Shown: positions 24,571-38,736, counted from the whole stretch's first letter. The stretch: 63,691 bases of DNA, filler included, from Reclinomonas americana ATCC 50394 (GCA_048213135.1; 15 parts of 15 records of this genome joined end to end with filler, not necessarily neighbours in it), one strand, 5' to 3'. Made by a program: numbers and translations. Notes: generated from the sequence alone by a model not told the origin.

Positions 24571-27559
24571 CGCTGTGCTGATGGCGCAGCTGGTTCTTTT
24601 TCTTCGTGGCAGTGCAATGGTCGATCGCATACTCACAGAAAGAGAGGGAGCGAGGCAGACTAGCTTTCTCGAGTCGCTGATTTAATGTCTGTCTCTTTTG
24701 AGAAGTAACTCACCCTTGTGCAAACTTCCCACCCCCTCACACAGAATCGACAACTGCGCGCTCAGCTGGCCACTCGCTCCGAGCAAATGCTGGCGCTGTT
24801 GCGCGCCTCGCCTCGCGGCCACCCCTCGGCCTTTGCTCGTCCCTTTGATGCGTGGCACTCGGGCGTCGAGGAACCCGAGGACGATGTCAGCGGGCGCGCG
24901 GTGCCGCGTGCCGGCAGCGTCAGCGGTGGTGGTCGCAGCAGCGGTGGCAGAAGAGGTGGCGGCGGCAGCGGCGGCTTGCCCGGCCACCAACGCAGTCCGT
25001 CGACCGCCGGCGGCCGCAGCAGCAGCGGCGTCGACGACGACGACTACGATGACCACGTGCTGTACGACGGCACCGAGGACGACGAAGACGAGGAGGAACG
25101 CCGACAGCGGCAGCAGTTGCTGGGCGCCGACGACAGTGAGCGACCACAAGNNNNNNNNNNNNNNNNNNNNNNNNNNNNNNNNNNNNNNNNNNNNTTAATT
25201 AATTAANNNNNNNNNNNNNNNNNNNNNNNNNNNNNNNNNNNNNNNNNNNNCCTCATGTCCTCACCGCCCGTGACACTGCCCGAGGAGCAAGTGACGCTGA
25301 TTCTCGCCGAGCCACTGGACGACGGCGACGATCACCACCGCCACCACCACATAGTGAAATGAGTGGACTTTCTTTCCTTTTTACACGAACAAGGAGAGTT
25401 GCTTCATTGCCGTGCTGCAGGCACACAAGTCTCACTCGCGCACACGCATGCGTTTTTGCTTGTTTTACAGAGCGCCAGAGGTGTGAGTCACGCCCTCGGT
25501 GGCAAAGTGCACCGAGGCCGCTCCGTGTGCGTCTGTTGACACGGCCTCCGTGTCGGTCAGTCCAGAGGTCTGCGCACAAAAAGAGAAAAGAGTGAGCACA
25601 ATGAGAGGGCACAAGACACACACACATGCGCGCGCACACGCACCGGATCACTGGCAGTCACGGTGATGGAGTCGCTCGGTCCCACTGCACATGCAGACAC
25701 ACGCAATATAGAGTGAGTGAGAGAAGTTTCTCACTTGATGGTTTCGCATCAGAAGCGCAACTGATGGAAGTGGCAATCGACATTCCGCTGGTGGCAGAGG
25801 CCGCGTTGGTGCCCGATGAGTTGTCAGTGCTGTCGTTGTTGCCGCCGCCGCCGCCCATTTTTTGTGATAAATGTGTGGAGAAAAGGGAGAAAGTGAACTG
25901 CGCGCGCGTGACAGAGAGAGAGAGTGAGTATGTGAAGTGAGAGAGCGTGTGTGTGTGCGTCTTTCAATGTGCAGTGCGACTGCGAGTGCTCACAAACCTG
26001 CGAGAATGTGTTTGTGTGTGTCTGCGGGCAAGTTCGCGCACGTCGCGGGACAGCGGCTGCGAGAATGTCACACACTCCGCGTGCCCATGCCCATGCGCGT
26101 CTGTGAGGGGAGAGTGGTGGAGAGTGTGTGTGTTGCGTCAAGAACGCGGAGTGTGGTTGCGAAGAACGTCGAATTTTATGATTGTCAAGTCCGTGAAGTT
26201 TGCGCGTGGTGAAGCATGTGCGGCAACGTCGTGCGCGGTCGGCTCCCTAGAGGTGGAGAGGTACAGAGCAGGTGCGTGTGAAGCAACGTGCGCGATGACG
26301 TCGGCAGGCAAGAGCGCAAAGACGTCGACGTCGACGTTCGAATCTAGAAAATTCTCGTGATCAATATCGACACGAGTACAAGCTGGTGCATACAAGCAGC
26401 ATTGTGTCATGCTCCCTGTCATGTCGCAAAGGAAGAGATCATGGCAACAAAAGTCCTGTCCGTTTCGACCCATTTTTGACTTGTTGCATGAGTGGTGAGT
26501 GTGTGCCAGACAGCTGCAGAGTGCTTCATGCTGCTCATCTCTCTCTAACATTAGGAAAGCGTGGACGTGCGTGGAACACTGCAGCAGCAGTGGGTGCAGG
26601 CGGCAGTGTCGGTGCTGCGAGTGCCTCACATCCTCCTCCTCTTCCTCCGCCTCCTCCGCGCATCACTCGAGGAGAGGAAGAAGAGGAGGAGGTGGAGGTG
26701 GGCGGGAGTTCAAGTCGGCGTGCGACTGCCTGGGTGCGGCCTTTGCCAGTGACGGCTGCAGGTGGCGGGAGAGCAGCAGCGGGATCTGCAGCTGTGTCTG
26801 TCGCCACTGCTGCTGCTCCTCCACCTCCTCCTCCTCCTGCGGAAGAGGTGTCGCCTTCACCGGCGCCGGGCGAAGTGGAAGCAAGTGAGTTTCGAGCGAG
26901 GAGGGAGAGGAGTGAGTAAGAAGAGAGTACGGAGAAGGATGATGTCTTGCAAGCAGCTGCTAGTGTTGTCAACGACGGTAGCTTCACGTCGACAGGCAGC
27001 ATGCAGTCTGGAACTGTGAGCTCTGCGGGATTGATCAGTGGCGGCAGTGTGAGGACAGTCGGCAGTGTGCGATCGCGCACTGTGAGTTGTGTGCAGCCTG
27101 GCATGAGGAGCTGCAGGCATGCGTTGCTCATGCCCAGAGAGAGATGGATTGTAAGAGGAAGAGATATAAGGAGAGACAATAAGCGAGAAAGGTGTGATGT
27201 TGACCTCTGTATTGAGGCATGTTAGGAGCGTGAGATTCACGAGCACGGAGAAGAGGTTGAACAACAGCTGTACTTGTTGATCACGAAGAAGAAACCAGAC
27301 ACGTCGTCTCGCTGACACCTCCTCGTGTGCAGAATTTTCCCGCGAGAGACTCACGTTTGGTCGAGTTGTCGGCCTGCGCGTCCGCTGCTACAACTCGCAG
27401 CGGTCGAGTGCACTCGGTGGCGAGGATCGACTGCAATCGCATCCCGCCGGTTCGCTCTCTCTTTCTCTCTCTCGGTGCTCGTCTCTCTTGCGCACCGCTC
27501 GCTCCTCACTGCACTCGCAGTGTGCTTGTGGTCCAGCGACAGTCACCGCTGTCACTTGC

Positions 27560-28567
27560 TGATCAACGGATCCTCCTTCCGTGTACGATACCTGCACGAT
27601 GGCGTGGAGGCACAGGATATCCCCTACAAGGACGTGCGCGTCTATCCGAAAGATCATCCGAAAGCAAATAGCGGTGACGCGGCTATCAAGAATGTGATGC
27701 TGCTGGCCACGGCTCCGTGCGTCACTTTTATTGTCTCTCTCTCACACACAGCCTTTCTCATCTCGTGGTGTTTGCAGGCTCCATTGTCCCGACTACCGAC
27801 GACCGGCAATGGTCGCCTACTTCCCGTACAAGCACCCATCCGATGGCTACGTGCTGCATCGTGTTCACCGGTCGCGTCGCTGCCGCCTGCGCGACAGCCT
27901 CGGTGCGTACCTTACCGAAAGCTATTTGTCAACGGTGAGGCATGTCGAATCGTTGGCCGAAGCTGGGGCAACGAAAGAAGCGATCTCGCACTTTCATGCT
28001 TGGCGATGTGAGAGCCGTATCGGTGCAGTCTTTGAGCTGCCAGTGCGCCCCTCCGATGGCGTGCTGTGCTCTCCGACCGAAATCAGCACCGCAAGTCCAC
28101 AGCCAGCCAAATTCATGGTGCTTCGCACGTTCTCGTTGCGTCGTCATTTCCTCGTTCTCCTCACAGTCTGTGCGTTGTTTGACCATGTTTCGTTCCCTCG
28201 CTTCAGTACTGCGGGATTCAACTCGAAGCCAGTCGGCATGGTGTGCGTGTGCCAAGTGGTGCCTGTCAGGCGCAAGGGAGATCGCGAGGATGACGGGGCC
28301 ATTGACGTCGACCTGCAATTTGTGGTCGACGAAGCTGACGACGAAATAGGCGTGCAGTGGGCCGTGCTGCCGACAATGACGTACACAATCGACCGTGCGC
28401 TCTACTTGCCGTGCGATGACGAAGGGTATGAGCTTCCAATGGCATGGCTTCGCCCAGGTGACTACTACGCGGTGTTCACAATGCTGCAACAACAACTTGA
28501 TCCGGACCGTCGCGGCTCCGAGCTTATCAACAACCGAGTACCAGCTCGCAATCGTCTTGGGAAATGA
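27560..28567 (+). CDS. Hypothetical protein (spliced, no recognised domain)
   Basis: Globular-looking ORF segments (VRYLHDGVEAQDIPYKDVRVYPK; MVAYFPYKHPSDGY…RNRLGK*) with candidate GT-AG introns. Confidence 0.4.
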
Positions 28568-28776
28568 ATGGATTTTGTGATTTTACGTGCATAGCGTCAA
28601 GCCACGCAGATCGCAGTTCTCGATTTAAAACCTGCCGCTGCCTGCAAGACTGTGTTTTTTTGGATAAGGTTGGACTTGGCCACCACGACGAATGGAATGC
28701 AGGAGACGGCGTACACAAAGAATCACTATTACATTATATACAATGAAAGAATAAAGAAAAAGAAGCACACAACTGC

Positions 28777-30298
28777 TCATCGAGCGGCAAGTTGACTCCT
28801 CGTCAGCTGGTTGCGGCGATGGAAGGCGGCCATCGCAGCCTTGGCGTCCTCCGTCCACAAGTTCGGGTCCACGCCGTCCGCCAGATCCGCCGGCGCCTGC
28901 AGACGTGCAGGTGGTGGCGGGAGTGTCGAGTTGCGCAGCAGCGTGCTCACCGCGGCCAGCGACTCCCACTCCTTGTTCATCGCCTCCTTGTTCTCGTACA
29001 GATGCCGGCTCCGCAGACTGCCCTTCTCGATGCACAGCCGCAGCATGCGATCGAGCTTGTTGAAGCCGACGTGCGACTCACAGTGATAGTCGGGGGCCTC
29101 GGTGGCAGCCGCTGCTCGTCGTCGCACAGCGACTCGTGAGGGACGCTGCGACGCATGCTGTAGCGGCGGGAAATCATCATCATCATCATTCGCAGCCGCA
29201 GCCACCGTCACAGGCCCACTGTCGTCACCGTCGTCACTGTCATCACTGTCGACACCATCGCGACCGCGCAGCCACTCATCGGCCAGCGTCACAATGCGAA
29301 CCTTCACCGGGTGCGACAAAAACAGGGGCGCGAACTCAGACGCCTCTGCTAGTGCCTGCACCTGCTGCATGATCGCCACGCCGGCGTCGAACGAGTCCAC
29401 GCACACCTCCAACGCGTGCTTGTGCTGTGCGGCGCTCGGATCACACGAACGAATGAGACTCACGGCGAGTCCACGAACCACCACCTCCGCCACCATCGTC
29501 GCAAACAGCTGGTTGATGAAGCGTGCAAACTGCAGTACGGCACCGCTGTTGCGCGCCACGACACCAAACGCAAACGACAGCATCACACTGTCGGCCAGGT
29601 CGCCCAGTACGGCGCGGGGTGTGCGCTCGTGTGCAGGCAGCGAGATCCATCGCTCATGCAAGGAGGCGGGGGGTTGGGGGTGGTTCCCTGGGTGCGGGGG
29701 GGAGTGAGGAGGGGAAGGGAGAGGAAAAGGGGTAGAAGGGGAAGAAGATGGGGGAAACAAGAATAAGCACAAAGATCAGATGGGGAAGAAGGAGAGAAAG
29801 CAGAAGAAGTGGAAGGAGGGGGAGGAGGTGGAAGAGTGATGAGAGAGAGAGAGAGAGAGGACGAGAGAAAAGGTGAGAAGAAGAACGAGAAGAGAGACGC
29901 ACAAGAGGTGAGAGAATGAGGAACGGCAGGAGAAGGAGAAGAGAATGGGGGAAAGAGGAGAGATGCACAAGACGGGAGAAGAGAGGAGAATGAGAGAAGA
30001 ACGGCGATGGAGAAAGAGAGGAGAGGAGACAAGAAGAAGAAGAAAAGAAGAAGAAGGAAGAAGAAGAAGAAGAAGAAGAAGAAGGAAGAANNNNNNNNNN
30101 NNNNNNNNNNNNNNNNNNNNNNNNNNNNNNNNNNTTAATTAATTAANNNNNNNNNNNNNNNNNNNNNNNNNNNNNNNNNNNNNNNNNNNNGGAGAGAGAG
30201 AAAAGGGAAGGGCATGATCAATAGCGCATATCTTCTCTCTCGTGGCGAGTCGCTCCCTACTCCTCTCGTCTCGCATCTCCTTCTCATCTTCTCACTCA

Positions 30299-30346
<48 letters not shown>

Positions 30347-30690
30347 TACTCCTTCTTCCCCCTTTGCCTCCCTCCCCTTTGTCTCGCACCTCCTTCTCAT
30401 CCTTCTCACTCACTCTCTCTCTCCCTTCTTCCCCCTTCCCCTCCCTCGCCCTTCCCCTCGCCCTTCCCCTCCCTCACACACTCACCTACAGACAACTCGT
30501 GAAACACCATCTCCGCACCCGCCAGAGTCGCCACCGACACACTCTCCAGCCAGTGCCGAGTGGCCTCGACATCGCGTCGTGCAAACACCTCATCGCTCAA
30601 GTGCGACTCACTGTTGACCACACGCGATGACGATGAAGTAGCAGTCTTGCTCGCTTCCTTGCGCGGACCGCGTTCACGGTCTCCGCTCAT
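28777..30690 (-). CDS. Hypothetical protein; predicted intron spans the gap at 30091-30190
   Basis: Exon 1 MSGDRERG…HELSV G|gtgag (phase 1) joins acceptor cccag|GG AAC CAC (phase 1) of a ~900-nt terminal exon. Confidence 0.55.
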
Positions 30691-31038
30691 GAGAATGCAG
30701 AAAAGAGGGAAAATGGTCGGTCAAAGTGCGCCGGATATCAAGGAGCTATTTGCAGATCCGGTCAAACGACCATCAACCTCGACCAGTGGACGAGACGGTG
30801 TGTCTCAGTCAAAAGCGGGCCCGCGGTGAATCAGCGCGGGCAGAACTGCGCAGCAATGGTGTTGATCGTGGACATTTGTCGCATATTGCAAGCAGGTCTG
30901 CTCGGACGAGCACGTCTACCTGGCTCTTTGACACCGATCTGCACCCTTCAACCAATGCCACAATCAATGTCTATTACACAAAATAACGAAACGCCTTTTC
31001 TTCCCCCTTCCTTCCTTCCTTCCATCTGCATGCAAAAA

Positions 31039-33253
31039 CTACTTGTCGGCCGGTCCGGCAGCGGCGATCATCGTGCGACCGCGTGTCGACCCGGCGCCCA
31101 CTGCGGAGAGACCGGTTCGTGGTGCCGACGATGAGCGTTTCGCCGGAGCGCCAGCTGCAGTGGAGCGCCGTGTCGAGCCGGCGCTGGAGAGGCCGCCGAC
31201 TCCGGCACCGGCGCCGCTGGTGGTGGAGGAGGCGGTGGAGAGTTGGGCAGGTGAGCCGCCGGGAGGAATCACGCCACCAAAGTTGGTGTCGGTGCCCAGG
31301 ATCACGCCACGCATGGCCATTTCGCGGTTCTGGCGCGTGATCTGGTCCTGCAGGCGTTGCTTTTGTGCACGCAGCGTCTGGCCTTGCTCCACATAGGCCT
31401 GCACCCAACTGCGTGAGCAGAAAGAGAAAGACGATGAGGGGAAAGACTTGGCGAACGCAACTCGCTTCTGCGCCGCCAGCAGCTCCTCCAGCTGCCGATA
31501 CCGCTCTGTCCACTCGCCCACTGCATTGGCCGACTTCTCGAGCGACTTCAACCGTTGCTTCTCCGTCGCCAAATCGTTCTGCAGCGTCTCAATCTCCCCG
31601 TCGCGATCCTCCACGCTGCGCTCCAGCTCCTGCACCGTGGCACGCTCGTCGTTCAGCTCCTCCGTTAACCGGTCCACTTGCGAGCGCTCATGCTCCAAGT
31701 CGTCTTCGCACTCGTTCAGGGCGGCCTCCAGCCCTCGCACACGCTCCTTGGTCTCCACCAGCTGCCGCTCCATGAGGCCGAGTCGGGTCAGAGCGTCGTC
31801 GAGATCGTTCTGCGCCTTGTCGGCCCGTGCCTGCGTGGCCTCCAGATCGACAGCCAACGCCTGTGCGTGCTGCCGCTCCGCAGCCAGATCCGTCTCCAGC
31901 AACTGCTTGGTGCGCGCAGCATCCTGGCTCACCGTAGCAACGGCCGTGGCAAACTCGTGCTCCAGCTGTGTGCACACACACACACAAAAGAGGAGGTCGG
32001 TATCACAACCAACGCCTGCAAGGCACGATCAACTCACCGTTCTCTTGGTGCGCTCCAGCGACTCGCACCGCTCATTGAGGCGTCGCACTTCGCTCTCCAA
32101 TCGCGACACTTCACCACGCCTCTCGTCCGTCAGCTTTCCGACCTCCTCGCGATGCTCCTCACCGAGCCGAGCCAGTTCAATGCGCTTCTCCTCCAGCAGC
32201 CGTTGAACATCGGCGCGACGCTCGTCGTCGATGCGGCGTACCGCAGTGCGCTTGTCCTCCTCCACGCGCCTCACTTCGCTCTGCAGCTGCGCCGAGTCAC
32301 TGCGCAGCTGGCTCACTTCCGTCATCAGCTCTTGCAGTCGCTTCTCATTCTGTGTGCCACCACGCGCGTGTCAGGGACGACAACAACAAACATGCTCTCC
32401 GCGCGCGGGACATCGGTAAGAAAACGCAACTCGATCACGCTCCAGCGTCGTCGTCTCCAGCTGTCCACGTAGTGTCTTGTTCTCGCCTTCCAGCCGCGAG
32501 CTGTCCTCTTGCAGACGCCGATTGGAGGACTCGGCTCGCTCAGCGCGGTCGGTGGTGTTGGTGAGCTGCAGCTTGAGCTCACTGACCTCGGCCTGTTGCC
32601 GATCAATAAAGGAATTCAAGCGACGTTCCTCCTCGCTCGCTCGCGCCAAGTCGTTGCGCAGTCTGAACGACGTCTGATCGCGCTCCGTCACCGCCGACGC
32701 CAAATCACCCGTTAGCCTCTTCACGTCGTTGCTGCAAGCAAGATGAAAAATGAACACCACTTTCTCCATCTCTCATATGCCACGTTGGAGCAAACCTCAG
32801 CGATTCCCGCTCTCGCGCGAGTGCCGCCGTCTCGGCCTGAATGCGTCCGAGGTCGCCAGTCTGCAGGTTGAGCTGCTTGCCGAGCTCCGTGGCCTTGGAT
32901 CGCTCCGTCGTCAACTCCGTCAGCAACCGCTGCTTCTCGTCCACCTCCGCCGTCAGCTGCGCCAGCATCTCGGCGCACCGCGCGCGCAACTCGGCCAGCT
33001 GCGACTCGTACGACGCAATATTCTGCTCCAATTCGCTCTCCAGCTGCGACGCCGAGGTGAGCGACGTGTGCACACGAGGAGATATTCAAGATCGAAGACG
33101 CAACTGCGCTGCGCGTCTCCTCCAGTTCGCGACCCAGCGACGCCTTGGTGTGCNNNNNNNNNNNNNNNNNNNNNNNNNNNNNNNNNNNNNNNNNNNNTTA
33201 ATTAATTAANNNNNNNNNNNNNNNNNNNNNNNNNNNNNNNNNNNNNNNNNNNN

Positions 33254-33286
<33 letters not shown>

Positions 33287-34004
33287 CGACAGAGAGAAGC
33301 GACAGAGAGGGAAGCGAGAGAGAGAGAAGCGACAGGGAGGGGAGCGACAGAGAGAGGGGAGCGACAGACAGAGAGAGAAGCGACAGAGAGAGAGAGAGAG
33401 AGAAGCGACAGAGAGGGAGAGAGAAGCGACAGAAAGGGAGAACCGAAAGCAAACGCAGCACACCTCCTGCCCATACGCCAGCACAGTCTGATTCATGCCA
33501 CGCATAAAGTCGTCCACCAGCGGCGCCACCGCCTCAGAAAACACTTGCTCCTGTCACCACCACATCGCTCTCCCAATCAGCAACACGCACCAAAAAACAA
33601 GCAAGAGAGAGAGAGAAAAAGGAGGAAGCCGCAACATTGGAGACGCCAAAGCCAAACGCATGATCAAACTCTGCATGAAGATCGAATGTGAAATCAAGTT
33701 CGCGCGCAGCAGTGATGTGTGCGAGTGAGAGAAACGCAACTGAATCGGCGACCACCAACCACCACCAATCCCTCCGTGTCCACCGACACTGCGCAAGATC
33801 GTCAATCACAGCAAAAAAACACATAAGGAATGACACGCACACACACACCATGTGAAGCATCGCCATCGCCACGATCGGGGCCCACCTGTACGCACACAGA
33901 GAGAGAGAGAGAGAGAGTGAGTCAGCAAAGAAGCGAGAAAGACTGGGGTTTGCGACGAGTGCAAACATGGCGCGCGCGGGAACAGTCACACGCACGCACG
34001 CACG

Positions 34005-34039
<35 letters not shown>

Positions 34040-34409
34040 CGACACACTCCCTCTCTCTCTCTCTCACACACACACTTCTGCCACACACACATAGAGACGC
34101 AACTCGAACAGCGACCTCAAACGCACGCGGGGTGCCGCGAGGTGCTGCTGCAGTAGCTGCTGCGGATGATGCACCGACTTGGCTGGTGGCTGTGCTGGTG
34201 CCGGTGGCGGTCGACGCTGCATCACTCTCGTCCCCCTCTTCCTCCTGCTGCTCCTGCTTTGCGATCTCCGTGGCCATCTCCGCTGCTGCTGCTGCTGCTG
34301 CTTCCTCGTGGCGATCGCCGTGCTCACTGGTGGGTGTGGCGGCGACGTCGATCGGCGAGGGTGCCGATGAGTCGTCGGCGGGGTCGACGAGGTTGGCGGG
34401 CGACGACAT
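31039..34409 (-). CDS. Kinesin: N-terminal motor start (34409-33465) and long coiled-coil tail (33153-31039); most of the motor presumably lies in the gap
   Basis: FEVAVRV…EFDHAF…EQVFSEAVAPLVDDFMRGMNQTVLAYGQ (just before the kinesin P-loop). Same-strand heptad exons continue on the adjacent contig to a stop at 31039. Confidence 0.78.
33254..33440. repeat. (GA)n / AGAGAAGCGAC tandem repeat in kinesin intron
   Basis: Directly visible. Confidence 0.85.
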
Positions 34410-34689
34410 GCGCGATTGTGTGTGTAAGGTCGGATTGATGGAAATCGACTTTTGCTGAAAACAAGGTTGTTTTGGCGATGTAAACGGATCGCACAAGCGA
34501 ATGTGTGGAGTGGATGTAGTGGGAGGAGTCGTCGAGTGACATAGTGCGCCAGACACATGCGTCAACGTGGACATGATAATGACAATATGGTGGCCATGGT
34601 TGAACTTGGTCATCAAGACAGCTGTTGCTTGTTTGTTGGTGAATGAATTGTTGTTGTCTCATTCGTTGCCAGCGATCGGTAGTACCTTC

Positions 34690-37600
34690 ATTGCGCGCTA
34701 CAGAGATATGTGCAGTAGGACAGAACTTCCAACAGCAAGTCGCAAGCGGGCAAAAGAGAGTTGCCGTACGCGTACAGAGATACGCTCAACAGTCCCACGC
34801 GCTCGTCACTGGTACGAGCACACTTGCGGGTACAGCGTTAGCTTGTACGTTGTAGACGCGTTGGTGTTTTGGTCATCAGACGTCTCAAAACCTCCGATAA
34901 GTGCGACAGACCTTTGAACGCCGGACAACGGATAAGCGCAACAGTGTGCTATTCAGACAGTGTACAGTGCAACCCAGACACTCACATGCTGTCACCGGGC
35001 CATGGAACTGTCGTTGCCTGTCGGCGACGGAGCTCGAATGCAGTGTTGTTATCCAAGTCGTCGATTACATACTGACTCCAACCCTGATCCGGCGACGACA
35101 GATCGAGAACCTGAGGCATCGCAAACAAAGATGAGAGATGCGTGTCACCATGCGGTGGTGTTTCACACATACCTGTATGTCAGTCGCATAATCGAACGAC
35201 TGCGAAATGTCGAGGTCGTAGAAATTGTTTGAGATCTGGTGGAAAACTCCGTTCTGTGTTTATCACAGTCGCGGTCAGATCAGGGTTGGTTTCAAATACA
35301 CCTCGACAACGATATTGAGAGCACGCACTTGCACACCACCAAATACATACAGCTTGTTGTTCACGACGACAACGTTGCCTTGCACTCGAGGCGTAAGCAT
35401 CGGAGAAAGAGTTGACCTAGACAAGACAAAGTGAGCCCAACGCAAGCAGAAGACACTTCAGCAACACAATTTCAATGCGCAAACCATTCATGAGATGCAA
35501 TTGTGTACGACCATGCTCCGCTGCAAACTGCCGGTCCGTCTTGGATGTTAAGACCACCTACGAAGTAGATTTTGTCACCTTCCGGACTGACGACCTGCGT
35601 TGCGGAAGTAAGCAACATGCAACATTCTACGCGGACGAGGCACTTGAAGTTCGTACCCCTTGCAAGTGAGTGCAGCTGGTCGGGATATAGTTCGAACTGC
35701 CATCGGCAGAAGCACCGCCCACTGCAAACAGCCAATCAGTTCTCCAGGAAACCCACATATCGTTTTTTGCGATTTAAACGAACTGGCGGCCATGTTTGCC
35801 AAAGCCATGACGTTTTGCATCACCAGGAACACTCTTACGTCAGTGGGATCCGGACTCATCAGCGGGAAATTGCCTGACTGACTCACGTCTGAGGCACACA
35901 CGCGTAAAAGTATATGGTGAGCTCACAAGACAGCCGCACGAGATCGCGCGAATACTGACCCCAGTTGCAATTTGGCGCATCACAGTTAGTTCCAACATCT
36001 AGAACGTTCCCATTCCCATCGGAGCTACTCGAGCTACGCACATCGTGAGATCGTGGACTGACTCGTGACATCACCAAAAGAGTTTCACGAGTGCACCCAC
36101 CTCTGCCTGCAACAAGAGAATCACGACACGAATGAATCAACTGGCACAAAATACGAACGAGAAAGCACATCAGGAACTTACATGGTCGACAAGTCATAGG
36201 TGACTTCGAATCCTTGGTTTGGCTCGAGGCAGTTATTGCACGAACCTGACGTACTGAATACAGTGCCGAGTACTCGAAACGTGACAGTTGTGTTTTGAAT
36301 CGCCTTCAAATAAAGAGCTCCGCCCCAAGTGGTATAGCCAATATTGTATGCGCTCCAGACGCGAGCTGTACGATTTCAAGTGACCGTTAACAAATGATCA
36401 GAGCGCGAAGAAAGTGTTGATAACACTACCATTTGTATCATAGATCTGAAGCACGGACATGCCGGTGCCAGCGTTGGGTTCCTCGACTGATCCACCGTAG
36501 CAGAATATCTTATTCGTCGGCGCGTAGCTTACGCACGCTGCAGACGACAGTTAGCAGACCAGCTCAAAGCTGTGGACGACATGAGACCAAGCGATCAATC
36601 TCCTCACCAGTCAATGCAGCTGCGTTGATCATCTGACCAACTGCCGTGGCTCCCTCCGGAGTGTTCTGCGACAATGTATGAGCGGCTCTGGCAGTCACCA
36701 AAATACGCAATGAAGCAAAATTACGAAGCTGAACGAGAATAGTCCAAGATTGCAGCTTGCAGTGCTTGTTGAATCGTCGCATCTTGAACCAAGTTCCAAA
36801 GCGGACTTAGGCGTACTCTGCAAAACCCACATCAAACCGCGTGTCAACGCACGCTGCACACATACGCACGCACATGAATGCACGCTTCGTTGACACGCCG
36901 ACACTTACTTGGTGGGCACTGGGAATTGGGAAAGTGATCCAAGCCAGTCACTAAACGGAGCATCGGCAGAAAATGGCGCCGTGGAAGGATTGCCACCGTA
37001 CATGAGAACTTGATAGTGAAAATTAGAGTTGTTGTTCGACAGCATATCAGACTGAGCGTGTAGGACGTAGATTTTGAGGACGACAACCTGCACCACACAT
37101 ATAGAGCACAGCACGTACCAGAGTATCACCAACGTTTAGTCCTCCGCTGAGAACATTTGCAACTGTCAACTTGAGACCAGCAGTCACTGTCGTAGACGAG
37201 GCGCTGGACATTGCGGCTGCATCCCATGAGGCTGCAATGGCTGCAACAAAAAAGCACCGAGATCAGAACTGTTGAGTTCAAAGGATTCTCTTCAGCGCAC
37301 AGAACAAACCAAGATGTCCTCCGACTGCAGCATTGTACAATTAAATCCGAAGGCAGTTAGCAACAACAAGGAGTCACTCTCATCTCAAACAAAACCGCAA
37401 CGCACTAAGAGCCTCCAGAACGAAGTGCGTGCCGAAGGCTGAATAACAAATGATGCGCAAACTTTCAGTAATGTGACAGACAAAGATTATCGATCTGCAC
37501 AGTACAGGCCACCATTGATGAAGCTTGAGAACTGTTGGCAAGTCGAACTGTTGAAGCTTTGCGGCAGCAACAGGAGCGACGACGAAAAGACGTCAGAGAG

Positions 37601-37839
37601 CGGCGGAGTCCAAGAGAGGAATGGGCCAGTTTGCCACCTGGAGCAAAGGAACGGTAAGAACGATGAACGGACGCACGTAAAGAGGATGACATAGCGCACA
37701 TTGCCCGGAAAAGCGCGACATCGCCAGTGGACAGCACAATTGTTGTCGATGAACTCGAGGACCGAGAGTTGTACATAGAAACCCCAACGTTCACAGAGCC
37801 GCTCACAGGAACACCTGGGGGAAAGTGTGTTTGAGTGTG

Positions 37840-37879
<40 letters not shown>

Positions 37880-38605
37880 CGCGTGTGTGTATGTATGTGT
37901 ATGCGTGTGCGTGTGAACAAGTGCTCGTGGATGCAGAAGTTGCGGCGCGTGAACACAGACACGGAAGAGCGCGGTGGGCACCTGGCACAGTAACATCCAG
38001 ATTGGCAGACACTGAGAGTGTCGAAGACGTCTGCTGTGCCGAAGACGCAGCAGTCTCGGAGTGCGATATGTCAGTGGAATCGTCCACGAGCACGGTCAAG
38101 AAGTCAGGCACAGCGGCAGGTTGGCCGAGCACGGACGTTTGCGACCGCGACTGAAAAGTGAAAGGCGCAAAAATCGCCTGCCCAGTGATGCCCTCTATGG
38201 GTGGGTACAAATTCATCGAGTTGAAGCCGTAGCGGAACACACTGTCGATTGCCGGGAGAACTGGTGGTGAAGCGGCAACCGCTTGTTGCAAAGCTGTTGA
38301 ACAAGTCAACAAGACCATCACGACTGATAATCATGCATGGAGAATGAATGCATACAAATCGCGTTGGACACACCTGCTGTCAGCTTGGCAATGAGAACTG
38401 CCGCAGCTTGGTCGGCCGTGGTCATGCCACACGCATCGGTTGTCGTCGAGTTCGTGGGAACCGTCACACCAACTGTTGTAGGGTCCGCACTGAGGGGTGC
38501 TGTCGCTGCGCGGCTGCCCACTGTGTGGGCGGCGGCGACGGCAGCCGTCGTCCACAGCAAAGCGAGCGCGCAAGCGAGCGCGATGAACAGAGCAGCACGC
38601 GTCAT
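34690..38605 (-). CDS. Secreted MACPF-domain protein with C-terminal Kelch repeats (MACPF-1)
   Basis: Signal peptide MTRAALFIALACALALLWTTAAVAA. N-terminal LPAIDSVFRYGFN…AVPDFL. Spliced signature TCQQFSSFIN|AFGTHFVLEAL|IGG (~37520-37316). YGGNP…SDWLGSLSQFPVP. Kelch motifs KIYFVGG, TPRVQGNVVVVNNKLYVFGG, SVALIGG. 3' end approximate. Confidence 0.85.
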
Positions 38606-38736
38606 GAGCTCACGCGAAGCACAAGACAAAATGTTATGTATTGGGGGACGCGCGGAGTTGCACAGCGCGGGGTAAATTGGACGCGAAATCGACTCAGCGA
38701 GCAAGGAAGGGGGACGACAATACACTTCCTTACCCC
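38606..38736. promoter_or_regulatory. Putative bidirectional promoter between MACPF-1 and the FN3 membrane-protein gene
   Basis: Divergent predicted ATGs only 131 nt apart. Regulatory function is inferred from geometry. Confidence 0.5.

Noticed and set aside
23790..24663. PolyCys/polyLeu 'metallothionein-like' or membrane ORFs
   Set aside because: These are translations of a CTG-rich simple repeat.
31448..32472. Long plus-strand ORFs overlapping the kinesin tail
   Set aside because: These are antisense shadows of GC-rich coiled-coil exons.
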